In this document: one piece after another, positions 1 to 13,117 of the stretch
How positions within the stretch are numbered: position 1 is the first letter of the stretch
Layout of the letters: the number at the start of each line of letters is the position of its first letter
Assembly (NCBI GenBank): GCA_013265495.1
Contig: MU058451.1
Span: 2,475,305 to 2,539,304 of the forward strand
DNA from: Vicugna vicugna
Lineage: Eukaryota
Direction of reading: 5' to 3'
DNA: 64,000 nt
Made by a program: the position numbers and the translations under genes
Notes under the pieces: model-generated
What the model was told of the DNA's origin: nothing
What the model saw: the letters and a program-made list of their open reading frames with translations, nothing else
The model's database searches: none

Positions 1-210
1 GTGGGGAGGGATAGGGGTAGGGGATGAAGAGGTACAAACTACTGGATATAAAATAAATAAGCTACAAGAATATATTGTACACCGCAGGGAATATAGCCAA
101 TATCTTATAAAAACTATAAATGGAGTATAACCTTTAAAAATTACAAATCACTAGGCTGTACACCTGAAACCTACATGATACTGTAAATCAACTATACCTC
201 ATTAAAAAAA
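1..210 (+). mobile_element. L1 3' end (cut by window edge)
   Basis: gaggtacaaactactggatataaaataaataagctacaag...gggaatatagccaatat...aactatacctcattaaaaaaa, a typical L1 3' UTR; similar to 53870-54095. Confidence 0.85.
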
Positions 211-601
211 TAAGTTTAATTCTCATTTCTTTTCTCTAGTGAAATTGTTGATTTTTAAAATTCTAAGTAAAGTGTTAAGTAAGCATGGTCATGTATTTGA
301 TACCATAACCTCGCTTTGTGATGACTTGAGGTCAGATTACAGCAAACACTAATATACATGTTACACTTCACTGGCTAGTTAGTTCTTGGTTAGGTGGTTG
401 ACTTATTAGTTCATTCTTTTATTTATACAAAGCAGGCAGATCCAGAGCTAACCGAAACAAAGTAACGTAGGCAGTGAAAACACTATTCACCGGAAACTGA
501 GCTAAGTATATTGACGACTCTATGCCTGCTGACCCAGGATTTGTGAAATTGGTGAGACTGACAATGCAGTCTGAATGGAGATATATAAAAAGAAAATACA
601 A

Positions 602-750
602 GGGGGTAGGGTTGAGCTCAGTGGTAGAATGAGTGCTTCGCATGCATGAGGTCCTGGGTTCAATCCCCAGTATGTCCGTTAAGATAAATTAATTAACAAT
701 AAACAAACAAACAAACAGAATTACTTCCTACCTACAAAAAAAAGAAAGAA
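602..750 (+). mobile_element. tRNA-derived SINE, camelid vic-1-like
   Basis: A-box-like gagctcagtggtaga, B-box gggttcaatccc, then (aaac)n, aattacttcct and A-rich tail. Confidence 0.85.
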
Positions 751-1404
751 AATTCAAAGACAAGGAAGGAAGTTTACGACTTTGAGACTGTAACTAGAAG
801 GTGACTGCTGTACCTAAAAGAGACAGAGAGGGAGAGCTACCTGTAACACTTAAGAACAATGAAGAAAGATGCAGAAAGGGTATCAGGCCTGTGGGGGAGT
901 ATGGACAGTATCTGTTGAGTTAGACCAAGATCTGTATCTGTAAATTTAAACTCTGTTTATATTCAGGACAATTAAACGTTGTAAACTAATACGAATTTAT
1001 AATATCACAATTATTGTGATGAATAAGGCAAACACATGTAGAACATTCTCACTCACACACATGGGGACCTCCAGACAGACACCGCCCTGAGTGCTCACTG
1101 CTCGGATGAGAATTCAGAGTTCCCAAATGGGAAACAGTGGCCTACAGGCCCTACCCTAAACTCAGACAAGGGTAGGCTTAGACAAGTTTTTGGACACTAA
1201 TAATTATTCCAGGAGGTCAGAAGCAGGCCTTAACTAGCCACTGACATTCAGAGGAGCTCTAAACCAGGCTATCAGTTAAATATAGGGCACTTCCAAGGTG
1301 GAGCCAACGCACACAGAGAATACAGGAAAGGAAAGGGGATGCCAGCCTCCCACACTTCACTGGGGTCAGTACCACATGAGTAACTGGTAAAAGAATGTTT
1401 GGGT

Positions 1405-1705
1405 TTTTTATTTTAAGTTAGATTTACTGAGGTATAATCTCCATACAGTAAAATTTACCCCTTTCAGTGTACAGTTCTGTAAGTTTGACGAATGCATACA
1501 GTCGTGTTTCCACCACCACAATCAAGACAGAATACGCTACCACCACCCCCAAACTCCCTCATGACAGTTTATGGTCGATCCCGCCCATCCCCTGGCAACC
1601 AATGCCCTGTTCTCTGTCTCTACAGTTTTGCCTTTTCCAGGATGTCATACACATCGAATCTACAGTATGCGGCCTTCTGAGTCTGGTTTCTTTCATCTAT
1701 TATGA
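1405..1705 (-). mobile_element. Old L1 (L1MB/ME-like) 3' end
   Basis: tttactgaggtataatctccatacagtaaaatttaccc...ttttccaggatgtcatac is the reverse complement of an L1 3' UTR; explains ORF 1467..1838. Confidence 0.75.
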
Positions 1706-1739
1706 TGTAACTGCAACAATGCCAGTGAGACTGGGACAC

Positions 1740-2290
1740 AGTGAAAAAGAGAGTGGCAGGAATTCAAGTTGGAGAAGTGGAGGGGGCCACATCCCACAGG
1801 CACTGGTATCCACAACAAAAACTCTGGATTTACAGTAGGTGTGATTAGAAGCCAGTGGAAGTTTCTGAGCAGCCGAGTAATGTGATCTGATTACCTTAAA
1901 AATAATTTTGGCTACTGTGTGGAAGACTGCCCAGAATAGAATAAAAGTAGAAAAAAGGAAGCCAGTTTAGAGACTACTGCAGTGGTCTGGGGTAAACATG
2001 ATTGTGACTTAAACTGGAATGGTAACACTGGAGGTGGTGAATAGCGGTCAGATCAGAGATGTAATTTAGAGGAAGAGATGCCAGGACTGGGTGTAGCACG
2101 TGGAGGGGAGCAGAAGGCAAGGAGGCTTTAAGATGCCTGGTTTGAGCAACAGAGTAGATGGTGGTGTCATGCAGGATGGATAAAAGAAAAGGAGATAAAA
2201 CATAAGAGGGAAGAGCAGATTTGGGAGGGGGAGAGGGAGAAACGAGAGTTCCATACACTTGGATATCATCAGCATATAGACACTGAGTCT
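1740..2290 (+). mobile_element. L2 fragment
   Basis: gtgatctgatt...gagactactgcagtggtctgggg...gatgcctggtttgagcaacagagtagatggtggtgtcat, L2-type motifs; strand approximate. Confidence 0.65.
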
Positions 2291-5160
2291 CTTCCCGGAC
2301 CGTTCCGCATATCTCTACTGATCCTGGTAGAGAAAGTTCATTTAAGCTTCCCTGTGCTATTCCTCTTAATACAATGAGTGAATGCACTGGTAGGACATTC
2401 AGTCTCCACTTCACTGGGTTCCTAGAGTTATTATTATTTTTTAATTAAGAAGATAAGCTGTAAAGGATCAAGGCTAGAGAGCTCTTCCATTTCTCACCTT
2501 CATTTTCTATACAGGTAAGATCAAACTGAGTTTCATAGAAAGGATTACCTATAAACTTCACATAGACTGTTTTTCAGAATGCTTATTCTCTTGGTCAATC
2601 ACATTGGCTCAAACGAATTAAGAATAGAAAATGTCTTTTAAATAAAGCAATTTTTCTTGCTTTTAAGTGTTTTCCTGTTTTTTAGTATTTACAAATTAAT
2701 AGGTGAAGCAGCATTCAGGGGTCCACTTTTTCCAACCTGTGAGATCAAGTTTATGCTTTAGGGATGGCAGAGGAGTATTTCTGCTTAGACAGAACATCAG
2801 TATGAGGAGAGGGAATATAATATAGAAAAGCCAGAGGATGTGGAGTAGAGGTTTCCTGTGTCTGCTTTCCTCTGGGAGCCGAATTATCCAGAACAAGGGA
2901 GGTGCACTGATCACATCACCACCCTCACGCTGCACCTCTGAGGCCGCCAAAGTAGAGCGTCTGAGATACAGGATGATTAGTCATGGCTCCATCCATCCAT
3001 CCATGTGACCCTTATTGACACATTTCCTAGAAGTTTTTTTATCTTAAAATTTCATGCAAGCTTGTCATCTATGATGCAGTCCCATTTACTTTAATATAAA
3101 GAAGTTTTTATTTACTTGCCACTGAGTAACTGACATTCCAGAGAGCTGCAGAATAAGAACACTGTGTACGGTTGTGCTGGTTGTGCACTGCACGCATTGA
3201 GGGAGAGGGCATTCACATTGTAGTTATTGAGGACTTGTATCTTACGACCATTTTCTTTTTAATAGCAGTAAAGTGTTTTAAGGAAAAGGTATCTTTTTTC
3301 CTAATTTGTTAGAGTGCCATAGGGTACTTTGAGTACCATGACATTTGAACTTGGCACAAGCCTGAACCAGTCTTAATACTTTACTTATGAAGAGGCCAAG
3401 TTTCAGGAGGTGAAGAGACAAGGTCCCGGCTAGTTCATGGCAAGTCTGGGTTTGATGCCAGTCCCCATTCCCAGTCTCGTGCTCTTTTGTGGGAACTACT
3501 TCCACTAACAGTGAACCGCTCTTCTCAGGGCACTCTCATGTCCGCTCAGCCGAAGGACACACCTTTGCAGGAGACAGTTATCTCATGCTGCTCTGGCCAT
3601 TTGTTTCTGCCATGAGTGGATAGAGAGATATGCCACAGCTAGACTTCCTGCCAATTATTCCAGGGGGTGCAGCTGCTGGCGTGTGAGCTCCCTGAGAGCA
3701 GGAGGCATGCCCAAGGTTCTTCTCATGTACCACCAGCACCTGGCATATAGTTCGGCTGGTTTCATACAGAGGCCCTGTCCCCCAGATCCCTGCTGTCCTC
3801 CCTCCTGCAGCCAAAGCACACATTAGTGCGCAGCCCTGAGAAGCACTGGAGAGACCTCTACGCTGATTTCCATATCGACACGCCATGAACTGCTTATGAC
3901 TGGTTAGACTCATTCAACCAGGAGCAGGAAGATCAGTTACAGAATCATACAATGGGAGCATTGGAATAAACCTTGTAAGTCAACTAATTCAACTCCCTCA
4001 CTTAATATTCCTGCAAACAGGATCGCAAAGAGATGAGAGAATCCACCTAGGTGGCTGAAGCTTACATACGCTGTGGTTAGTTCCCAAAACTCAAAATTTT
4101 TGACCAGTTAGATGCTGTTTCCTGAACATCACAATACCTTGCCACCAACAACATGATGTCAGAGACATCATGAACTAGAGAGGAGGTGTGCCCTTAAGAA
4201 TGTTTTCCTAGGTCTTGTTTGGGTTGGACAATAATAAATCATGTATTTGAGAAGATTCACTATTAGGCTCTTTTATTCTCTCCATACAAGGCACTACTCA
4301 GATAGAAGGGAAAAAAAGTCAGGCAAGCCTATTAGAAATTCTCATATTTAGCAGGAAAAGGATATGGAAGTAGGTTATGATTGTTCTGTATGTAAATGGT
4401 TAACTTAAAAAGCACAGCTGGTTAGTCATACAGTAAACTGTGTATGTCTATTTATTTTGACTCCAAACTAGACACTCTATGACCTAGATCATTGGTTTAG
4501 TCTAATCTGATGATTATTTTAACTGAAAATAAGTATTCTCTTATAAACAGGATGTATTCTCAAGCCGCTATCCAAACAATCAAAGGAATTTGTTTATTAA
4601 GAAAATACACTTTTTAGATTTTTAGCTCTATTGCAGAAATAAAACTTTAGAAGTAAAGACAACACTGGAACTTCACTTTAATAATATCCCAAGTTATGGG
4701 AGTAAATTAACGGTTCTGAAAGGTCACACGGTTATTTGACATGCGTTCTAGAATACTCAACTCTCTTCAACAGAACTAAATGAGCATATCATAGTGAGAC
4801 TCCAGTGTTATCGCCACTGTTTTGCTGATCCTTCATTATTTATTAAAATAGTAATTATTAAATATAAAATTAAAAATAAAAACAACACAGGGCAACCACT
4901 TCTTCCTCACAAGGGAATTCTATATGTAAATTAATAATGAGCTGCAAACTGGAAGTCTAAAGTAACTTAAATCTCCTAAGTTATCAGTTTCCCAACACAC
5001 ACAAAAAAAGTCTTGATTTTTTTCAAAAGTCTAGCAAATGCACTAGTGGCCAAGGTATTAGGGAAAGCAAAGCTGTATGTGTGCACATAGCTTCCACTTG
5101 GATGCTCTCTGATTTCTCAGCTGGGCCATAACACAGCAAAATGTCAGTGGCATATTATAC

Positions 5161-5274
5161 CTGGTCATGGCTGGCTTCAATGGAGCTTCCAATAGCATGG
5201 AAAGTCATCTGCACAGGGGCTAAGGTCAGACAGGTCACACACTCTTTGCCACTTTGTCTATCACAGTAGTGAAC
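5161..5274 (-). CDS. STAU2: STAU2 alternative coding exon (114 nt), core of dsRBD5
   Basis: ttatag|GTT CAC TAC...GAC CAG|gtataa; VHYCDRQSGKECVTCLTLAPVQMTFHAIGSSIEASHDQ, 38 codons, phase 0/0, no stops, continues IQGFQ in frame; absent from the ORF track. Confidence 0.92.
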
Positions 5275-7079
5275 CTATAACAGAACACATGCAATCTGAA
5301 CACCACTCGTAAGAGGGAGCCCGATGCAGTAGGTCCTTTTCAAAGGTTCTAGCTTTCAAGAAGAAACTCAAATGATTTATGCAGCACACAATCCACGTAT
5401 CTAAAACCTTATCAGGACTCAAATATCTATGGAAAATCTATTAATTCTGTTTTAAATACTTCTGAAGTTTTCAAAGAGTTTAGGAAATGCTTTGCAGAGT
5501 GCTCTACATTAGTCCAGCCAGCAGAAAAATAATTCACAACCACATGCTACATCCATCTCTTTTGTCCAACTTTTCATAACACATAATGCATAATGGGCTC
5601 CAGGGTAAGCATGAGTCAAGTTCATTTGAGTCTAATGGAATTTTTGTCAACCTGAATTTTCCTCATCTTTGACTCTATATGTGTGTGATTGCTGCTTGAT
5701 TGGTAGTGACACTCTTCCATTTCTACATTATAGACGCTATAAAACCACTGTTTTTTATATATATGTGTATACACACACACAAACTTCACTACACCATGTT
5801 CTGCTTGGAATTTTGACATTGCAATCAAATTGAATTAAACTGAAATGATCTGTAATGTGCAGACCAAAATAAAGTTCCTATAATATTATTTTCCTTTTAG
5901 TTAAATACAACCAACTATTATTAAAACCATGTGTAAGTCACTCCATATCAGAGGTAGGGGATTTGGGGGCTGGGGGAAGTGTGACTCCATCTTCCTATTG
6001 GGAACATTTCCACCCTTTCATTTATCTACTTTCAAAAAAGTTCTTTCAAGCAGCGTTTAATTCTAAGCTCATAAAGTAAAAATAGCATTGCTTTTGTGAT
6101 AAATTAATGAAAATATGCCTGTATATGTATATATAAATACATATATATACTTATATATATAACACGGATCTTATATATACTTGTATATATAATATGGATC
6201 ATACATAATACGGATCCCTGAAGGCAGGGAAACTTTCTGGAATCTATAAAAAGTAGTTTAGAGTTCAAATCAAGTCAACATACAAAGCTTTGTTTCCAAA
6301 GTACTTTAAAGATTTTGCTATAAAAATATTTTTTCCAAATTAACTTTGGGGAAGAAGATTTGACAACGGTTTGAATTCACTGGGCTACACCCACTGAGCA
6401 AATGAAAGGTCACTCAGTGTGCATGACTTCAAGAATGCGGGCATGTTGTTTACCACGCAGCAGCCAAACATCATGGGGGGAAACGAAACTGATCATATAA
6501 CAGGTTTATGCAAAAGCCAATACATGGCGACCCGATAATAGCTACAGTTCACAGCCACTTACGGCACAGTTAAAATGTTATGTCAGACGTAGTGCTGTCC
6601 TAAAACACGCTTTTTAAAATAAAACATAATCGCCCCCTGACATCAACTGAAAGTCTACACGGAATACAGGACACTCTCCTAAATATCCACATTGGTAGTG
6701 AGCATGCTTGTATGTCAGTCAACCAACTGCCGTCTTATTATTTCTTCTACAGACATGAAAATTAGGGAAGACAAAAATAGCACAAGACAATTCAGTCAAA
6801 AAAATAAACTTCAGCCTTCATTCCCATCAGCGGCTTGGATACTATTACCAAAAGACTGAGCTTCTCTCCTAGCTGTATCCAATTCACTGCGCACCTGTGA
6901 CACCCTGTGAACTACTGCACCTCCCTCGGACACTCGATATGAGCGCACGTACAGAACTCACTCATACAAGATACACATAGAGGTGCAGGTTTGCACACAG
7001 CTCCCAAGAAAGTGTCACAGCAGCCGGTGACCGTGACAGAGATTGCTAACTGTCCTCCAATATTTTTCCACAGTAATTT

Positions 7080-7465
7080 TTGGTGGGGCACAGAATAAAG
7101 GTATTTCCCAGGCTCCCCGGTAGCCATGTTAGTCATGTGACTGAGTAGAATGTAAATGAAAATTCTGTGGGAGCTTCCTAGAAACTTTTAAGATTTCAGG
7201 TGTGTACCTTTTGCTCTTCTTCTTTACTCATCTTGCTGCTCAGAATGTGGACACCACCATCTTCGACCATGAGGACTAGGGCCGAAATTTAGAGATGGTA
7301 GAGTGGTAAGTTGGAGGGAACTGGGGTCCTTGAAGATTTCAGGGAACACAACCATTACTCTGGCCCTAGACTGCAAGCTTCTGGACTTTTATGTGAGAAA
7401 AGAATACATATCTATTTTGTTTAAGTCACTGAGCTTTTTATTACTCACAAAAGAACCTAATCCCA
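7080..7465 (+). mobile_element. MaLR LTR relic (MLT1-like)
   Basis: ccatcttcgaccatgagg...ctggacttttatgtgagaaaagaataca...tattttgtttaagtcactg...aacctaatcc, MLT1 3' motifs. Confidence 0.6.
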
Positions 7466-8149
7466 GTGAGATTTTCCCAATTGCTCCAAAATTGACACCA
7501 GGACCCAAAGCCAACAACAAAAGGAGCTCTAAGGCGCTGTCAACATTTATTCCCTCTTCCCACGCCCTTATTAACAGTCAGCAGAGCTGGTCCAACCATA
7601 AGGAATACACAGGGTCACTAGGAAAAGGCAGGGGAATGGGAGGGAACCAATCTTCCAAGGAATACAGCATTTCCCGTGAGTGGGGTAGCGCTAAGAAAAG
7701 CTGACAGAGATGGGGAGTGCCTACACGAAGGGGAGACTGAAATTCGGTCCCCTGGCAGCAGGTTTGCTGAGAACTAGACCTACAGGCCTCTGCAGAGAAA
7801 CCCTGACTGAGTCTGACGCATGTCCCTAGCCCGTCTGGAAGCATACAGAAACACAGAGACCGAGTCTGGAGGCATCTAAGAGCCTGCTGAAGGAGCCCTC
7901 GGCACTCAGTGTCCCTGAAAACAAAAAAGAATGAAGGAAGATGCTCACCTAGGTCTCCACGGCCCTTGAAGAGAATGAAAGAGAATCTCAGCAGAAGCCA
8001 AGGGGGCTGCTCAGGCCAACCAACGTGACACCATCCAACAGCGGGGTCAGGGGCATGGACCGCTGGTCAGGCCCAAAGGAAACATGGCTGCCCCTCATGG
8101 ACAGAGGGAATAGGGAGAAACTGAATACTGCTGTGAGAAAGTCATGAAC

Positions 8150-8263
8150 AGTATTTTATAGTAACTATAAATGGAGCACAACCTGTAACAACTGTGAATC
8201 ACTATACTGTACACCAGTAACTTAGACAATATTGCACAGCAACTATATTTCAGTTAAAAAAAA
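8150..8263 (+). mobile_element. Short 5'-truncated L1 3' end with target-site duplication
   Basis: tattttatagtaactataaatggagcacaacc...aactatatttcagttaaaaaaaa flanked by gaaagtcatgaaca / gaaaatcatgaaca. Confidence 0.8.
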
Positions 8264-11200
8264 GAAAATCATGAACATCATCTACATGGAAACCAGTAAC
8301 GGACGAAACCAGGCTACGAGTGGCACCTTCTCCTGCCCTTGGACCCTGCAAGGCCTCTAACATCGAGGAGTAAGGCCACGAAATAGATATAGAATGTGGA
8401 AGAAGGTGTTTCAGAAGCAGATCAAGCCCCTACCCCACCAACTACAAATGCTCCAAGGTGTTAGAGTGAGAGGAAGAGGAAAGAAATCAGGGTGCACTCT
8501 CATACACTTCCTCCCCCAAGTGTCTGGAGGCAGAACACCTGGCTGGCAATGGGGGGACATCAGCTTTGAGTTTTGCGGTGAACTGAGCTAGATTTTTTAA
8601 AACTAAAAATAACCAGGAAACTAAGGGATTTGCCAACGATATAAAGAAACATGAGTAAGAGACATGACAGAGCATGGATGAGAGTGGTGACTGGAGAAAT
8701 AAAATCATTCCATGTTTACACCCCCGCTGCACTGAGACTGATCCCCCCACCGAACAGATGAAAATATGTCAAAAATATAGAAAACTCTTCCTTGAGGACA
8801 CAACTGCAAATTAAACAAAAAGTGATAATGCACAGATAAATGGCCTTAAGCAAGAATAATACAATCAATCACTCAAAGAAACAAGTTTGATATGGCTTCT
8901 CAGTTACTTACTTTCTTCTTGGACATAAAAACATTAGAGTTCATAAAACTGTGACTTTCAAACAAAAAAACAATCCGGGAATGACATTTTAAAATTCATC
9001 CTTCTAAATCTAAAAATGCTTCCTATGATTGAAAGCATCAGCAGAAGCCAGGAATCTTGGAACTCTAGGCTGAAATAATTAGAGTAATAAAATTCCATTA
9101 TGTTCTATAATGCACAAATTTTCACAATTAATGGGAGAAATATTTCTGCTACAACAGAGCAGTGTTTCTACAAATGTGGACCTAAAAATTCCAATATGCA
9201 ATGTCATGGACCTTGATTCTGATTAAAGAAAGATGAAAACAGATAATTTTAGGACATTACAAAGTCATCTCTTAAGTTTACTTTAAGATTTATTGTTTAT
9301 GAATCATATCATTTTGTTCTCTCTCATACCCTAAAATGTAAGCAACCGATCTTGATTTGTATACTGTTGTAGCACTTGTTCTGGGTTTATAACACCATCA
9401 ACTACAGCAAACTGACATTTTGTTTCTTCCTCCTGGACTTACAAAAATTATTCCACTAAAAGATTGGGTCAGAGATTTCAATATATGTAAATTAAATAAT
9501 GTGGCTTCCCTTGAAATTTGCAAATCCATAATAATTTTTACTTTAAATTTCTTAGTTTGATATGTAATCACATAAACCCAGAGAAGATGTTATAATTGTG
9601 CATTCTGATAATGATTCTGCCAGTTTAGAGACTTCTTGACAGGAGACACAAATCACCTCAACTATTTAGATAACTAAAGAAATAAAGAAAAGTATTCTGA
9701 GCTTTAAAAATAATTTACATAAAAAGCTACTAGGTTTGTGAATTTTTTCATGCCCATGTGAAAACATGTGAGGCCTTTCAAATGAAAATTCAAATTCCCT
9801 ACCCACTACCTCCAAAAAAAGTTAAATCAGATTGTCTCCTGCAGGGCTGAAAAATTCCCTGATGTTGTAGGACTGCTAAATATTTTACGGATCTCAGCAG
9901 GGAACTGGTTAACTGCCTGTGTGTCAGATGTTTTTACCAGTCACCCCCGGTGGGACAAAAATGAAGAGGGTGTGAAAATGATCCATCTTTAAAGAAAGCT
10001 GCTCATGAGATCATTAAGGAAAGATAAAGGCCTGCACACTCACATGTGATACCTACGCAATGACTGTGTCAAGAAAACACGTCTGATTAGCGCACCTCAG
10101 GGTCACGAACCCGGCGCTGACTACACAGAAGCAAGCAGGGATAACGTTGTAGTCCAGCGGCATAGACGCCCTGCAAGGGAGGGGCAGACACAGCAAGGAG
10201 CTGAAGGACCTCAGTTTAGGACTAGACCTTAGGATACTCAAAACATGCTGGATTCTTGTAGTCTGCACACTGGCTGCACAAAAGACCTAAATCTTTATTA
10301 ACATGCAAACTAGCAAATTCTTGGCAAAGCACAAAACAATGCTGCTTGATCAGTATTACCTTAATAAGTAGAGTAAATTGGTATTCAACATTTTTTAACT
10401 ACTATTTTTAGATCACTTGAGGGCACGTAAATCATCTTATTTATTTGGGTCAACTACAGGCAATAGTAGAAATCTATGTTGTACCTATCTATTTATAACT
10501 AAAGAATTAATTTATAATTAATAAATAAAAGAAGTTTCTCCATGAAAAGCACTTAGAACAATGCCTGGCTTATGGTTAGCATTAAAATAAATATTAGACA
10601 TTCTTATTATTAGAATAACACATCCCATAGTAATGTAATAATATAAAAGATATGACAAGATATATAATTATGAAGAATAATATTACATTAGGATAATGCC
10701 TGTCACTGACTTTCTCTAAAGCTTTTCCCCCAAATCCTTTTCGTAACTAAAGTCAAGTCCTTTGTAACTAAAATGTAAACATATATTTAACATGTTCAGT
10801 CACGTACCGGTGTTTTAGCTGTATGAGTAATCTGCTTCACTCTGCATGCAATACGCTTGTCACATTAATGCCTCTAAAAGGACAAGTGAATGAATGAAAT
10901 CACATTATACAGACTGAGACTCAGCTTGTAATTATCTTTTCTCTCTTTTAGAAATTCTATGCTCAAGAAAAGCTTTGAAAATGACATGCTTATATTTGGT
11001 GTACAAAGCCCAGCAGAGATGTACAGATTTACTCCCAGTACAAGTCACAGATAAAAACTGCCTAACAAATACAACAACAGACGGGGTATCAGTATTGCTA
11101 CGGGAGATAACTGCAGTCTTTAAGCGATGAGTTTCTACATGACAAAAATCCTAAATATTTGTTCATTGCTTTTCAGTTTCCACTGACTATGCCAGTGAAG

Positions 11201-11819
11201 GTCTAAGGAAGCAGCTAATCAAGATGTAAGTTACACACACACACACACACACACAGTTATTTTAGTTTTACATTTCCATCAAAAGAAAACACTAAGTTGA
11301 AAAGAAAAGAAAAGAAAAGACTAAGTGATTTTTAACAGTCAATTACACAGCTACCAGAAGAGGAGCCTTCCTCTTCTGTAGTTCATACTCATGTTTTGAT
11401 AAACTCACACACATCCATTTATAAACGTAAAACAAGCTACTTTAACATCTATAGGTTTTTGCAAAGAAATAACTTTTTAACAAGGAAAATTTTTTCCAAG
11501 GTCAAAGAAAAATTAGTTACATGGGCACTCAGTATACCACCAAAGTTAAACTAATGCAAAATACTCTGCCAAGAGGGTCAACCAATTCTACCACTTCTCA
11601 TGTGTTAGAATTCTGCTGTATTAACTATCGCTTCAAAAAATGGGTATCAAAGACAAGACCTTGTAAGTCTTCTCATTACATACTGGTTTAATTCATAATG
11701 ACATTTAATTTTTTTTTTTACAAAAATACTAGAATATGTTGCCTTCTCCTCAGGAATTACAGATTTTAGGAACATAGTAAGTTTGTAATTAAAATTACAT
11801 TCATGATGAAAAGACTATT

Positions 11820-12300
11820 TATGACTTCTGCTTCCAGACAAAATGAAAGAGATCTACTTTTCTCTATTCTTTCCATTAAGTGTAAGTAAAAGCTCTTGAT
11901 ATCATACATAAAACAAACATAAAAGGACTCAGAAAGGTGGTGAGAAAGAAGAAGACAAGGTAAGGATTTCAAGACCCAAAAAACAACAGAGTGGTGAATT
12001 TCTGCATTTTCTTTTTGTCTTATACAACCTGGACTGGATGTTAGAATATTTAGTATCCTGGGAATGCCAATAAGTATGGGGTGGGGGAAAGCCTCCAGAA
12101 AGCCTGCTCTCTCTAACCAAAGGGCCAGAAAAGGAATAACTTGGCAAGACAGAAATTGTTTAGACAATAACTGCCCTACTCCAGCTGAATACCATGGAAA
12201 AACTGGCAGACGCACAGCTCACCCCCATCAGCAAAGGTCAATTGGGGAGCCTAGACTTCTACTCTTGACAGACTGGAAGGAGGTAACCCAATTCCCCTAC
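11820..12300 (+). mobile_element. Old L1 5' region fragment
   Basis: Starts gacttctgcttccagacaaaatg, resembling L1M 5' ends; explains overlapping spurious ORFs. Confidence 0.5.
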
Positions 12301-13079
12301 AGGGAACAAGTGCACCCAGCCCGTGGCAGGTGCTCAATGTATTTCAGTTGACTTTATAAATGAACGAATCCCTTACATTGTTAGTATTTATCGAGAATCT
12401 TTCCCAGGACTTCGCCCACTTTCCCTGGTCAGCCTTTACTTCTATGGCTTTAATTACATCTGTATACCGATGACTCCCCAATCTCTGTCTCCTACCCTCT
12501 CCTGCTGATCATCAGACCCATTACAAGTGCTTACTGGACAAGTTAAGTGCCTCTGAAAGTCCCACAGGCAATTCAAATTAACCATGTTTAAAATGGAACT
12601 CATTAACCTTCTTTAAGTATATTCATCACATTCACACTAAAAATATAGTCTTTCCTAAAACAGGTCACATTCATACTACCTTCCTACTTTACTTTATTCT
12701 CAAATTCTTGAATGAATTTATCCTCAAATAGTCTCTATCTTCAACGCATTTAAATCTAGCTTCCATCCTGACCAGGCCAGTGAAAGCAACCTCACAGAAG
12801 CTGACGCAAGAGATCAATGAATTCTCTCGACTGTACTGTGGACACCTGCACCTCGGCCCCACTCTGCAATGACCGTTAGTTTTGCCTCAAATCAATCTCA
12901 GTTATTTTTCTACTGCATTTGTGCAAAATCACTCTAGTTGGTCTTTCTGCAACCAATCTTTCTCTTTTTTGTCTAGTTCCCCCTTCACATTGCTTAGAGA
13001 ACTATCTAAATTACAAAACCACTACCTTCTAAAAAATAAGTTGGTGGTCTCTGCCTAACAGCTAAACTCAAATTCCCAG

Positions 13080-13082
<3 letters not shown>

Positions 13083-13113
<31 letters not shown>
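13083..13113. repeat. (CA)n microsatellite
   Basis: Uninterrupted CA run; others at about 11233-11255, 28436-28455 and 51622-51645. Confidence 0.9.

Positions 13114-13117
<4 letters not shown>

Noticed and set aside
602..680. tRNA-like sequences with A and B boxes (also at about 13960, 31749, 35148 and 53386)
   Set aside because: Diverged, share a non-tRNA 3' tail and several have TSDs: SINE copies, not tRNA genes
1974..2414. 146-aa ORF, plus 11766..12215 (149 aa) and 45990..46412 (140 aa)
   Set aside because: Lie in L2/L1 relics with no recognisable protein features; consistent with chance open frames
6120..6216. Degenerate repeats of tatata...ggatc
   Set aside because: Low-complexity (TA)-derived slippage sequence
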